In this document: positions 18,457 to 28,007 of the stretch, piece by piece
Layout of the letters: each line of letters starts with the position of its first letter
Numbering within the stretch: position 1 is the stretch's first letter
Virus record (IMG/VR): IMGVR_UViG_3300017605_000626
Coordinates: 64,001-124,036 of that record
Source of the DNA: a virus
Taxonomy: Duplodnaviria; Heunggongvirae; Uroviricota; Caudoviricetes
Reading direction: 5' to 3' (one strand)
Length of the DNA stretch: 60,036 nucleotides
Translations under genes and position numbers: made by a program
The notes under the pieces: model-generated
Told to the model about the DNA's origin: nothing
Database searches by the model: none
Seen by the model: the letters and a program-made list of their open reading frames with translations, nothing else

Positions 18457-21400
18457 ATGGCACTTAGTTTTACCAGTGATGACCCTACATTAGCAGGCAT
18501 AGATTTCATAAAGTATCTTACGGATAAGCCTGTTATATCTAGAGGTATAAACCAACCATCTACTTGTGATATGACTTTTGCTAAGTGGGGAAGTGGATTT
18601 GTGCTTCCGAGAAGAGGGTCTTATTTTACTTTTGGAACTACTGCAAATGCAAAGTTTTGGACAGGATTTTTAATTGAAGACCCAGATTTAGAGTATCTAG
18701 GTAAAAAATCTGATGATGATCAACCACAATGGCAGTGGAAATTTAAAGGCACCTCTGATGAATATATATTGAACCTTGCTCCAGTTGGAATTCTTCCTGT
18801 TTATATTAACCAAACACAAGGAAATATTATAAAAGATTTAGCAAGCCGTATTGCTCCATCTAAATTTGATGTAACTAATGTGGATGATGGGCAATTAGTA
18901 CCATACTTTTTTTGTGACCCAACTAAAACTTTTAGTGAAATTGTTAGAGATTTTGCTGAAGCAGCTTACTTTGCTTTTTGGGCCACCGATTTTAAATTAT
19001 ATTATAAACGTCAAGACACTATTACTTCACCAATAATTATTAATGGTAAGACGGATTATTCTAGTAGGGTAAGAATCTCTTCTTCTACCAATGCTTCACC
19101 AATTGTTATTACTACATCTTCTGCACACGGAAGAAGTAATGGAGATTGTGTTTCTATTACTAACCATTTAATTAATACGGCAGCCAATGGTAATTGGATT
19201 ATCCAGAATGTAGCCCCAACAACTATGGAGTTGGTTGGTTCAACTGGTAATGGTGTAGGCGGAGCAACTGGATGGGCTGGACTACATAACCCACATTTTA
19301 CACCAGCTCGATTACAAATTGGCCCAGTAAATGACCCAGTAATTAATGACTGTATTGTAATTGGAGACATAGAGCCACAAGGATTAATAAATGAGTTCTT
19401 TGTTGGCGATGGCCTTACTAATAATTTTCCTTTGTTATCTTCTATATTTGGCACAGATAGTGCTTTATTATTAGATGAAGTTTTTTCTGGTAATACTATT
19501 GATTCTAATAAATGGTTAGAAGTAGACTCTGTTAATGATGTATTAACTGCTGATAATGGTTATCTACAGGTTATTGGAAATGCTCTTGATAATTATGAAG
19601 TATATTTACAGTCAACTGCATTAATACCATTACAAGGAAATTTACGACTAACGCATGGAGAATATGATTTTGTAACTACAACAAATGATGGCGTGGTAGC
19701 ATCTTTGTGGACATCAACCCCTTCGTTTAGTTCAACTGGACCTGTTGAATTTCCTGGGTGTATTTATGGTATTAGAGTTACTTCTAATGGAACAGAAATT
19801 ACTTTAAATCCCATCCTTAATGGAGTGGTACAAGAAGCGGCTGGAGATTCTTATACCGCTTTAACATTATCTGACAATAAAAGATATATTATCAGAACTT
19901 TAGTTAATTTTGAGAATGTTTATAGAAGAGATAGAGAGTCTCTATTTAGATTAATTAATGGAACTTTAGGAAGTTATGGTGGAAACTCTATCCCAGATCA
20001 TCCAGTTTATCGTACTATCATTACAGAGATTGATGCTTTAACTGGTAAGTCAACTACTAATCAAGTGCTTTGGACACATTCAGGAGCAAGCACTGGTGTG
20101 GGTGACACACAATTTTACGCCGCGTATGTTCCAGTGCTTTCTAATGACCTACACCTAACTCTTTCTAATATTACAATTAGTGTTCCAATGCAGGCGTCTT
20201 TGGAAACGCTAGATAAAAATATCTGGTATCCAGAAAGAATGAAGTATGATATTAATACTGGCGAGCCAGTGCCATTTGATACCACTATATTACCTTGGCA
20301 ACCTAAAATAATTGGGCCAAACGAAATAGAATCTTATGACAATATGAATCCTGTGGCTACTATTTTAACTAGTAGACAAGGTAGAATTGATCAAGGAAAT
20401 ATTCTTGGTTCTACTCTTTATAATTCTGGAGATGCATCATTAGCTTTTTTTAAAGACAGTGTTAAGCAGACAGCTAATACACCACCGCCAGGCCAGTTGT
20501 TACATTTAAAATATAGAAGAGCTGGTGTAGCTATTGGTAGAGCACAAAGCACTGATCCAGCCGTCCCTAATAGCATTCCTAATGAAGCTACTCTTTGGGG
20601 AGATAATGGATATCGTACTATAACTAGAAAAGATATTAGTCCATTGCCAAGAACTTCTTTAGAGTGTGAGCAGGTCGCCGCAGCTATTGTGGAGGAGAAT
20701 ATTTATCAACATTATGCTGGCACCTATAATCAATTTAGTAATTATGAGTTTACTCAGAACACTCCAATTCCGGGTGGAATATTATTATTTAAGAACTTAC
20801 CTACAACTTTACCTGATATTCAAGCGGAACAAATTACTAAGGTTGTTTCAACTATTGAGAGTAAATCTCAAGAAATTTTTACGCATGAAATTACTTTTGG
20901 AAAAATAGATAAAGTTAAGAAGTTTTTATCTGGACTAAAAGAAACTAGAAATCCATTTGCACCAACAGATACTGCTGAAGTTCCAACTGCTCAAGATTTA
21001 GAAGATGCTGTTGATTCTACTAATGTTTTATCTTTGATTTATAATTCTATTACTTTGACTTTGACTTATGGAGGCACTTCTAGTGTTTTACCAAATACAG
21101 CTTTAAATGTTGATTTACATCTTAAATTGAAATCTTGGACCAGTGTTCCATCTGATACTATAGTTTCAGGTCTAACAATAGATCAAGAAGATAATAATTA
21201 TCTTGTTATTGATATTGGACAAGCTCCACCAGAAGGCGGTGGTTTTGAAATTAGGTATAGTGATCAAGGATGGGGAGATAGTAATAACAAAAACTTTTTG
21301 GTTTATGACATTATTACGGATGGTAAAACAACAGCACAAGAATTTAAAATCGCTAGAAAAATTAGTAATGTAGTGTTTGTTAAAGCTTATGATTCTAGTG

Positions 21401-22200
21401 GCAAATATTCACGATATGCAAGTGGAATAAGAGTAGTGTTTCCTGGTATTCCTGGTAATTCATCTGGTATTATTGCTAAGGGTGGTACTTTGACTTATCC
21501 AGTTTTTAAGGCGAACCTTCCGATTAATGATAGTGGAAGTGTCGTTTTAAATAGTGATGTTTTTGGATTAGTAGCAACGTACAATCATGAATTATCTTTA
21601 AGTACTAATGTGTTTACTGATAATCGTAATGTTGGTACTAGCATTTCACCTTATCAACCAATTGGAACAGATAATCCCGGTGCTTATAATGTAACGCCAA
21701 CAAGCGATGGATTTCAGTATGGTGGTGCAGATGTATTTCTTGGTGGTGGAGTTACAATTTTTGATAGTGGTTTTATAAATTTTGAAACGGAAATTTCTAT
21801 GCAGAGAGGAGTTTCAATATTTTTTGTTTGGGTTAGGGCTGTTGATGTTACTGAAGATGACGGACTTTATATCAGGTTAAATATTAAGGATGATGCATTG
21901 CTTGGACAAAGCTCAGTTCCTTTTGGTTTCTATTCTCGTCAAGACTATTTATTAACAGGCGATTGGCAACCTTTAGCTACGGTAGTAGATCTTTCAACGG
22001 TTCCAACAGATATTTCAGGCCCAACTCCGCTTAATTATAATTTGGTAATACATAACATTAATACAACTGATTTAAACTTGAAGATATGTTTGCCGTTTTT
22101 AGGAACTAGTTTTTCTAATCATGCAGACATAGTTTTAGGTGCTAGTGAAGATAGCCCCGGCTTAAATTTTACTTATGAGAATATAGGAGTAACAGAATAA
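18457..22200 (+). CDS. Baseplate hub / central tail fibre protein
   Basis: 1247 aa after TMP; hub-like N-terminus, lectin-like central insert, FN3-like C-terminal region; carries an FCCH-like insert at about 19060-19280. Confidence 0.7.
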   Translation: MALSFTSDDPTLAGIDFIKYLTDKPVISRGINQPSTCDMTFAKWGSGFVLPRRGSYFTFGTTANAKFWTGFLIEDPDLEYLGKKSDDDQPQWQWKFKGTSDEYILNLAPVGILPVYINQTQGNIIKDLASRIAPSKFDVTNVDDGQLVPYFFCDPTKTFSEIVRDFAEAAYFAFWATDFKLYYKRQDTITSPIIINGKTDYSSRVRISSSTNASPIVITTSSAHGRSNGDCVSITNHLINTAANGNWIIQNVAPTTMELVGSTGNGVGGATGWAGLHNPHFTPARLQIGPVNDPVINDCIVIGDIEPQGLINEFFVGDGLTNNFPLLSSIFGTDSALLLDEVFSGNTIDSNKWLEVDSVNDVLTADNGYLQVIGNALDNYEVYLQSTALIPLQGNLRLTHGEYDFVTTTNDGVVASLWTSTPSFSSTGPVEFPGCIYGIRVTSNGTEITLNPILNGVVQEAAGDSYTALTLSDNKRYIIRTLVNFENVYRRDRESLFRLINGTLGSYGGNSIPDHPVYRTIITEIDALTGKSTTNQVLWTHSGASTGVGDTQFYAAYVPVLSNDLHLTLSNITISVPMQASLETLDKNIWYPERMKYDINTGEPVPFDTTILPWQPKIIGPNEIESYDNMNPVATILTSRQGRIDQGNILGSTLYNSGDASLAFFKDSVKQTANTPPPGQLLHLKYRRAGVAIGRAQSTDPAVPNSIPNEATLWGDNGYRTITRKDISPLPRTSLECEQVAAAIVEENIYQHYAGTYNQFSNYEFTQNTPIPGGILLFKNLPTTLPDIQAEQITKVVSTIESKSQEIFTHEITFGKIDKVKKFLSGLKETRNPFAPTDTAEVPTAQDLEDAVDSTNVLSLIYNSITLTLTYGGTSSVLPNTALNVDLHLKLKSWTSVPSDTIVSGLTIDQEDNNYLVIDIGQAPPEGGGFEIRYSDQGWGDSNNKNFLVYDIITDGKTTAQEFKIARKISNVVFVKAYDSSGKYSRYASGIRVVFPGIPGNSSGIIAKGGTLTYPVFKANLPINDSGSVVLNSDVFGLVATYNHELSLSTNVFTDNRNVGTSISPYQPIGTDNPGAYNVTPTSDGFQYGGADVFLGGGVTIFDSGFINFETEISMQRGVSIFFVWVRAVDVTEDDGLYIRLNIKDDALLGQSSVPFGFYSRQDYLLTGDWQPLATVVDLSTVPTDISGPTPLNYNLVIHNINTTDLNLKICLPFLGTSFSNHADIVLGASEDSPGLNFTYENIGVTE

Positions 22201-23189
22201 TGGCAACATATTACGTAGCAACAACTGGTAACAATTCAAATCCAGGAACGATAGGTTCCCCGTTTTTGACCATTGCAAAAGGATTGAGTGTGATGGTTGC
22301 TGGAGATACGCTTGATATTAGAACTGGAACATATAATGAAAGTATTAATAGTAATAATCAGACAATTCCTACTGGAACCTCATGGTCAAATGCCCCCCTC
22401 ATTACAGCGCACACCGGAGAAACAGTAACTATACGCAATGTAGGTGCGGTTCACTCTTATGTCAAGTATGTAATTTTTCAGAACATAGTTATAGATGGTC
22501 TAACCACTGAAGAAGAGGTTGTCTCTATCAACAATGGTGCAAACCATGTCCGTTTCACGGGATGTGAAATCAAGAACGCTAACCGTCAAGGTGTTCACTG
22601 TGCTCACGCTGCTGATGGGTACAATGAATTCATCAATTGCAACGTCCACAACAATGGTACAACTCAAAACTTGGATCACGGATTTTACATAGGCTCCACC
22701 AACAATTTAGTTGAGGGGTGCTTAATACACGATAACGCGGCGTTTGGACTCCAAATTTATAACGGTTACGGAGAGCGTGCTGACAACAACACCGTGAGAG
22801 GAAACAAAGTTTACAACAACTCAACACTTGGTACAGGTTCTGGCATTGCTCTCACTTCAGGAACAGGTAATCTTGCGTACAACAACATTATCTATGGGCA
22901 TCAGCTTTACGGAATTGATGTGTCATTTGGAAGCCCTTCAAACACAGGAGTATATAACAATACGGTCTACAATAACGGTGGAGGCATACGTGTTGGCAGT
23001 GATAGTAGTGGTGCCGTAGTTAAAAATAACATTGTCTATAGTTCTGGTGGAATTACGAATAATGGATCAGGAACAATTATGTCAAATAACTTAACCGCAG
23101 ACCCTAGTTTTGTTGATGCTCCTGGAGGAAATTTTCATCTGACTGCTGCAAGTACGAACGCAATTGACCAAGGGGTTGTAATAAATTAG
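22200..23189 (+). CDS. Right-handed beta-helix protein (DUF1565 N-cap; choice-of-anchor Q domain truncated)
   Basis: MATYYVATTGNNSNPGT..PFLTI, Asn-ladder repeats, ends DPSFVD...NFHLTAASTNAIDQGVVIN*. Confidence 0.85.
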   Translation: MATYYVATTGNNSNPGTIGSPFLTIAKGLSVMVAGDTLDIRTGTYNESINSNNQTIPTGTSWSNAPLITAHTGETVTIRNVGAVHSYVKYVIFQNIVIDGLTTEEEVVSINNGANHVRFTGCEIKNANRQGVHCAHAADGYNEFINCNVHNNGTTQNLDHGFYIGSTNNLVEGCLIHDNAAFGLQIYNGYGERADNNTVRGNKVYNNSTLGTGSGIALTSGTGNLAYNNIIYGHQLYGIDVSFGSPSNTGVYNNTVYNNGGGIRVGSDSSGAVVKNNIVYSSGGITNNGSGTIMSNNLTADPSFVDAPGGNFHLTAASTNAIDQGVVIN

Positions 23190-23203
23190 TTAGGAGAAAA
23201 ATT

Positions 23204-26200
23204 ATGCCTTTATTTAATACAGATTATGATGGAAATTTGCGTGGCTCTACGTGGGATATTGGTGCTCTTGAATATGGTTCTACATCATCGTCAGACACAA
23301 CATTTCCAGTTGTACAAATTACAAACCCTACTAATAATCAAACTGTTTCTGGTTCTTTAGTAGTTACTGCCACTGCTTCAGACAATGTTGGTGTTGTCGG
23401 AGTTCAGTTTAAGTTGGATGGAGTCAATCTTGGCACTGAGGATACATCTAGCCCATACTCGATTAATTGGAACACATTGACTATTGCCGACGGAGCTCAC
23501 ACTTTAAGAGCTGCTGCCCGTGATGCTGCTGGAAATGTAACAAATTATGATGTTTCTGTTACAGTTAATAATGCAGTTTCGCAGCCTACTCCTCCTACAT
23601 TGATTGCTGCTTATGCTTTTAATGAAGGTTCTGGAACGATATCTACTGATATTTCTGGTAAAGGGCATGTTGCTACTCTTACTGGTGCTACATGGAACAA
23701 CACAGGAAAGTATGGTAATTCATTAACATTTAATGGCACAAGTGATTATGTGTCTATTGCTGATACAAATGATTTAGATTTTACTTCTGGTATGACTTTG
23801 GAAGCATGGGTTTATCCAACCAGTGTTTCGCCAAACCCTACAGTTATTTTAGTTAAACAACATGTTTACTTTTTGTTTGGCAGTTATACGGGTGGATTTC
23901 CGATGGTAGGTTTCGCTTCTGGTGGATCTAATCGTCTTCTTTCTGGTGTTTCCTCATTACCTCTTAATGTCTGGACTCATCTTGCTGGAACGTATGATGG
24001 TTCTATAATGCGTTTATATGTTAATGGCTTTGAAGTAGCTAATCGTCCAATGACTGGAACCATTGATACTACTGTTAATCAAATGTGGATTGGTTCTAGT
24101 GTCTTTAATGAATTTTTTCCTGGAAGAATTGATGATGTTCGTGTTTACAATGGCGCTTTAACACAGGCAGCTATTCAGGCAGATATGAATACGGCTTTGT
24201 CTGGTGGTGTGCCACCAACTGATACCAGTTTGAAATTGTCGTATGCGTTTGGAGAGGGCTCTGGTGGTACAACAAGCGATTCTTCTGGGAATGGCCATAC
24301 CGGAACTATTTCTGGGGCTTCATGGACTACTTCTGGAAAGTATGGTAATGCTTTAAGTTTTGACGGAATTAATGATATAGTTACGTCTCCAGATGCAAAT
24401 GATTTAGATCTTACTAATGCTATGACTTTGGAAGCATGGGTATTTCCAACTGCCACATTAACCTCACCAGCAGCCGTCATTGCAAAAGAACATGTGTATT
24501 TTTTGTATGCTAATTTGTATAATAATTTACCGCACGGTGGTGTTAGAATTGGAAGTACAAATTATCTTGCCTCTGGTACTTCTCCATTACAACCAAATGT
24601 ATGGACTCACTTAGCGGTAACTTATGATGGCACTATAGTAAGATTATATTCAAATGGTGTACAAGTCTCAACCTTACCAGCTACAGGAAGTATAAGTGTT
24701 AGCGCGAATCAACTTTGGATTGGTTCTAGCGTCTTTAATGAATTTTTTCCTGGAAGAATTGATCAGGTTAGAATTTTTAACAGGGCATTAACTTTAGCAG
24801 AAATTGTTAGCAATATGAATACGGCTATAACTGCTGGACAAGACATTATTCCACCAATTATTTCGTCTGTCACATCTGGAAGTGTAACTAGTTCTAGTGG
24901 TCGTATAACTTGGACAACTAATGAACTTAGTAATTCGCAAGTTGAATATGGCACTACAACTACTTATGGAACATCTTCTATTTTAGATGCTAGTTTAGCT
25001 ACATCTCATACTGTTGATTTGACTGGACTATCACCAAGTACATTGTATCATTACCGTGTGAAATCTAAAGATCCATCTAATAATTTAGCAATGAGTTCTG
25101 ATGCTACATTTACTACGTCAGCGGCTTCAGATGTTACTCCTCCTAATATTTCTGGAGTGGGTACTTCTAATACTACATCTACTTCAGTTAGTATTAATTG
25201 GACAACCAATGAAGCTGGTGACTCGCAGGTTGAGTATGGACCAACTACAGCTTATGAAAATGGAAGTACAACTTTAAATACATCTTTAGTAACCAGTCAT
25301 TCAGTTGGTTTAACTGGATTAATTGCATCAACAACTTATCATTATAGGGTAAAATCTAGAGATGGGGCTGGTAATTTAGCGACAGGAAGTGATAGTAATT
25401 TTACCACCTCCTCACCGCCAGACACTACTGCTCCAATAATTTCAAGTATTATGAATTCCACTCCTACTACTACTGGAACTACTGTTTCATGGTTAACTAA
25501 TGAACTTAGTAATAGTGTTGTAGAGTACGGTATAACTACGTCTTATGGAACTACATCTTCAGATTCTTCATCAGTATTATCTCATAGTGTTAGTTTAAGT
25601 GGGCTGTCATCTGGTACGTTATATCATTATCGTGTTAAAAGCACTGATCCTTCTGGTAATCTTGCTACATCTAGTGATAACACATTTACTACTCAAGTTA
25701 CTCCAGATATAACTCCACCAGTTATTTCTAACCTACAACCTTCTGGGATTTTTCCGGCTGGAACGACCCAAGTAATTTTAAGTTGTATTACAAATGAATT
25801 AGCAACAGTTAAATATGGAGATACATTAGGAACAACTTATGATTTATTGCCTGGGACTTTTAGCACCACAGGTGGAACAACTCATTCTGTAGTTGTTACT
25901 GGTTTAGTTGATGGAACTACTTATAAATATTATATAAAAGCTAGAGACGTGGCTGGTAATGCTAATACTGGAGATCTTTATGTAGTTACATTTTCTGTTA
26001 GTAGTGCTCCTCCACAACAACCTCATGCTAGTATAAAAGTAATTAGTCCTAACGGTGGAGAAAATTGGAAATTAGGTAGTACAAAACAAATTCAATGGTC
26101 TACTATTAGTGTTACTACTAATGTAAAAATTGAATTACTTCGAAATGGAAGTTATTTAACTTTATTTAGTAATCTCAGTAACACAGGAAGTGCTTCTTGG

Positions 26201-26299
26201 GTTGTTTCAGGAGCTAGAGACAATCATTGTAAAATACGTATTTCTACTGTAGATGGTACTGTTACGGGCAGTAGTCCTGATTTCTTTAAGATAACTTAA
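23204..26299 (+). CDS. Multidomain tail appendage/adhesin: MPLF header, Big-Ig, 2x LamG, 3-4x FN3, Kre9/KNH-like Ig
   Basis: WDIGALEY; VQFKLDG..WNT..DG.HTL.A.ARDAAGN; two AYAFxEGSG..WTHLA.TYDG..GRIDxVR repeats; WTTNE..VEYG..YHYRVKS repeats; SPNGGENW. Confidence 0.85.
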   Translation: MPLFNTDYDGNLRGSTWDIGALEYGSTSSSDTTFPVVQITNPTNNQTVSGSLVVTATASDNVGVVGVQFKLDGVNLGTEDTSSPYSINWNTLTIADGAHTLRAAARDAAGNVTNYDVSVTVNNAVSQPTPPTLIAAYAFNEGSGTISTDISGKGHVATLTGATWNNTGKYGNSLTFNGTSDYVSIADTNDLDFTSGMTLEAWVYPTSVSPNPTVILVKQHVYFLFGSYTGGFPMVGFASGGSNRLLSGVSSLPLNVWTHLAGTYDGSIMRLYVNGFEVANRPMTGTIDTTVNQMWIGSSVFNEFFPGRIDDVRVYNGALTQAAIQADMNTALSGGVPPTDTSLKLSYAFGEGSGGTTSDSSGNGHTGTISGASWTTSGKYGNALSFDGINDIVTSPDANDLDLTNAMTLEAWVFPTATLTSPAAVIAKEHVYFLYANLYNNLPHGGVRIGSTNYLASGTSPLQPNVWTHLAVTYDGTIVRLYSNGVQVSTLPATGSISVSANQLWIGSSVFNEFFPGRIDQVRIFNRALTLAEIVSNMNTAITAGQDIIPPIISSVTSGSVTSSSGRITWTTNELSNSQVEYGTTTTYGTSSILDASLATSHTVDLTGLSPSTLYHYRVKSKDPSNNLAMSSDATFTTSAASDVTPPNISGVGTSNTTSTSVSINWTTNEAGDSQVEYGPTTAYENGSTTLNTSLVTSHSVGLTGLIASTTYHYRVKSRDGAGNLATGSDSNFTTSSPPDTTAPIISSIMNSTPTTTGTTVSWLTNELSNSVVEYGITTSYGTTSSDSSSVLSHSVSLSGLSSGTLYHYRVKSTDPSGNLATSSDNTFTTQVTPDITPPVISNLQPSGIFPAGTTQVILSCITNELATVKYGDTLGTTYDLLPGTFSTTGGTTHSVVVTGLVDGTTYKYYIKARDVAGNANTGDLYVVTFSVSSAPPQQPHASIKVISPNGGENWKLGSTKQIQWSTISVTTNVKIELLRNGSYLTLFSNLSNTGSASWVVSGARDNHCKIRISTVDGTVTGSSPDFFKIT
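23600..24830 (+). repeat. Tandem duplication of a LamG domain (about 630-bp unit)
   Basis: Near-identical DNA: TATGACTTTGGAAGCATGGGT at 23791 and 24421; TGGATTGGTTCTAGYGTCTTTAATGAATTTTTTCCTGGAAGAATTGAT in both units. Confidence 0.85.
24840..25700 (+). repeat. Three tandem FN3-like repeats (about 290-bp unit)
   Basis: Repeated DxTxPxIS..WxTNE..SxVEYG..SH.V.LxGL..T.YHYRVKS.D..NLA. Confidence 0.8.
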
Positions 26300-26315
26300 C
26301 TGGTGAGGAATTAAT

Positions 26316-27338
26316 ATGGCAACTTTTTATGTTTCAAAAACAGGAAGTGATGTTAATCCTGGAACATTTAGACAACCTAAGTTGACTATTGCAGATGGTA
26401 TGCGGTCTTTAGGTAGTGGAGATATTCTTTATGTGCTGGCAGGAACGTATACAGAGGGCTTTGTTTTTACAAATACTATAAGAACCGATCATTCTTTGTG
26501 GATGAAATCTCCAAAAGTTATTGCTTATCCTAATAATACAGTAATTTTAACTTCTAATATTACATCACAATCTAGAACACTCGTATATTATAGACTACAA
26601 GGATTACATGTTATGCAGGAGCCAATAAATTATGCTGGTGTTACTTTATTTGATATAGAAAATATAAGAGATAGTGCAGAAGGTAAAGTACATGCATTAT
26701 CTTTTAGTGCAGGCGGCCCAGATTATGTTACAACCGCTCCATCAGATTTAACTAGACCAACTGCTATTATAACTTCTCATGCTGATAGAGACGAGGTATA
26801 TGGAACTATCACTATAGAGGCCACTATTACAGATAATGTCGCTGTTGCTAGTAGTTGGTTAAAATTAGATGGTGAAACAGTACATAGTGAAGAGCCTGAA
26901 GATGTTTGTGAGTTTACATGGGATACAACATTATCTTTAAATGGAGAACATACTATACAAGTTTTTGGGAAAGATACATCTGGTAATATAGGAATTTCTC
27001 CACCAATAACAATTATTGTAAATAATACGCCTGAAATAGAACAGGCTGATCCATCTTTATTGCAGCCCTCAATAACTGTCACTTGTCCTTGGGGAGTTGA
27101 AAAATGGGGAAATGGAATTGAGGTTGATATTACTTGGACTTCTATTGGTATTGAAGGTAATTTAGATATATATTTACTTAGAGATGGATTTCCATATCAA
27201 ATTTTTGGAAATATATCAAATAGTGGTACAGTGCCTTGGACAGTTTTTGGTAACAAAGCGCCTAATTGCCAGATACAAATTAAAAGTATTAACAATTTAA
27301 ATGTAATTGGGTTAAGTGAATTTTTTGACATAGTTTAA
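26316..27338 (+). CDS. Tail appendage protein: DUF1565-like N-cap, Big-Ig, Kre9/KNH-like Ig
   Basis: MATFYVSKTGSDVNPGT..LTIADG; WDTT...NGEHTIQVFGKDTSGN; C-terminal Ig like that of 23204. Confidence 0.7.
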   Translation: MATFYVSKTGSDVNPGTFRQPKLTIADGMRSLGSGDILYVLAGTYTEGFVFTNTIRTDHSLWMKSPKVIAYPNNTVILTSNITSQSRTLVYYRLQGLHVMQEPINYAGVTLFDIENIRDSAEGKVHALSFSAGGPDYVTTAPSDLTRPTAIITSHADRDEVYGTITIEATITDNVAVASSWLKLDGETVHSEEPEDVCEFTWDTTLSLNGEHTIQVFGKDTSGNIGISPPITIIVNNTPEIEQADPSLLQPSITVTCPWGVEKWGNGIEVDITWTSIGIEGNLDIYLLRDGFPYQIFGNISNSGTVPWTVFGNKAPNCQIQIKSINNLNVIGLSEFFDIV

Positions 27339-27349
27339 TAGGAGAAATT

Positions 27350-27739
27350 ATGCCTTTGTTTAATACAGACTTTGATGGAGTTATACGTCCGCAAGGCAAT
27401 GCTTGGGATATCGGGGCATGTGAATTTGTTTCTAGTAGCCCACAACCAGTAATTTCCACTCTTTCTATTATTGCTCCAAACGGTGGAGAACGTTTAAAGA
27501 CTGGCCGTTGGAAAAGTTTTTATTGGGCTTCAACAAATTTATCTGAAGGGGCTATGATTAAGGTTGAGTTATCTAGGAATAATGGAGGTAGTTACCAATT
27601 CTTATTTAATACATCAAATTCAGGTAGTGCGAATTGGTGGGTTGTAGGACCAACATCTAATGCATGTCTCATTAAATTAAGTAGTTTAGATTATCCAAAC
27701 GTGTTTAGTGTTAGTAATCACGTATTTAAAGTGATGTAA
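27350..27739 (+). CDS. Small tail appendage protein: MPLF header plus Kre9/KNH-like Ig
   Basis: MPLFNTDFDGVIRPQGNAWDIGACEF; APNGGERL; AGGAG RBS. Confidence 0.75.
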   Translation: MPLFNTDFDGVIRPQGNAWDIGACEFVSSSPQPVISTLSIIAPNGGERLKTGRWKSFYWASTNLSEGAMIKVELSRNNGGSYQFLFNTSNSGSANWWVVGPTSNACLIKLSSLDYPNVFSVSNHVFKVM

Positions 27740-27754
27740 AGAGATTTAATTATA

Positions 27755-28006
27755 ATGCCTTTATTTACTACAGATTACGATGGTGTTACTAGGCCGCAAG
27801 GATCGGCGTGGGATATTGGTGCTCTTGAATATGTTGGTGGGGGAACTCCTGACACTACCGATCCTACTGGATCTATTACTGCTCCTAGTAATGGTGCAAC
27901 TGTGGCTGGCACTATTACAATAATTTGTGCTGCTACGGACAATATTGGAGTGGCTAATGTGCAATTTTATTTAGATGGAACTCCGCTTGGAGGGCCTGTA
28001 ACTTAG
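27755..28006 (+). CDS. MPLF header plus first half of a Big-Ig domain
   Basis: MPLFTTDYDGVTRPQGSAWDIGALEY..VQFYLDGTPLGGPVT*; the domain continues in the +1 frame at 28008. Confidence 0.7.
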   Translation: MPLFTTDYDGVTRPQGSAWDIGALEYVGGGTPDTTDPTGSITAPSNGATVAGTITIICAATDNIGVANVQFYLDGTPLGGPVT

Positions 28007-28007
28007 T

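Noticed and set aside
23184-23206. T4 gene 60-style translational bypass across the stop-RBS gap
   Set aside because: The matching AAT landing codon (23200-23202) resumes in the wrong frame, and a strong RBS supports independent initiation.
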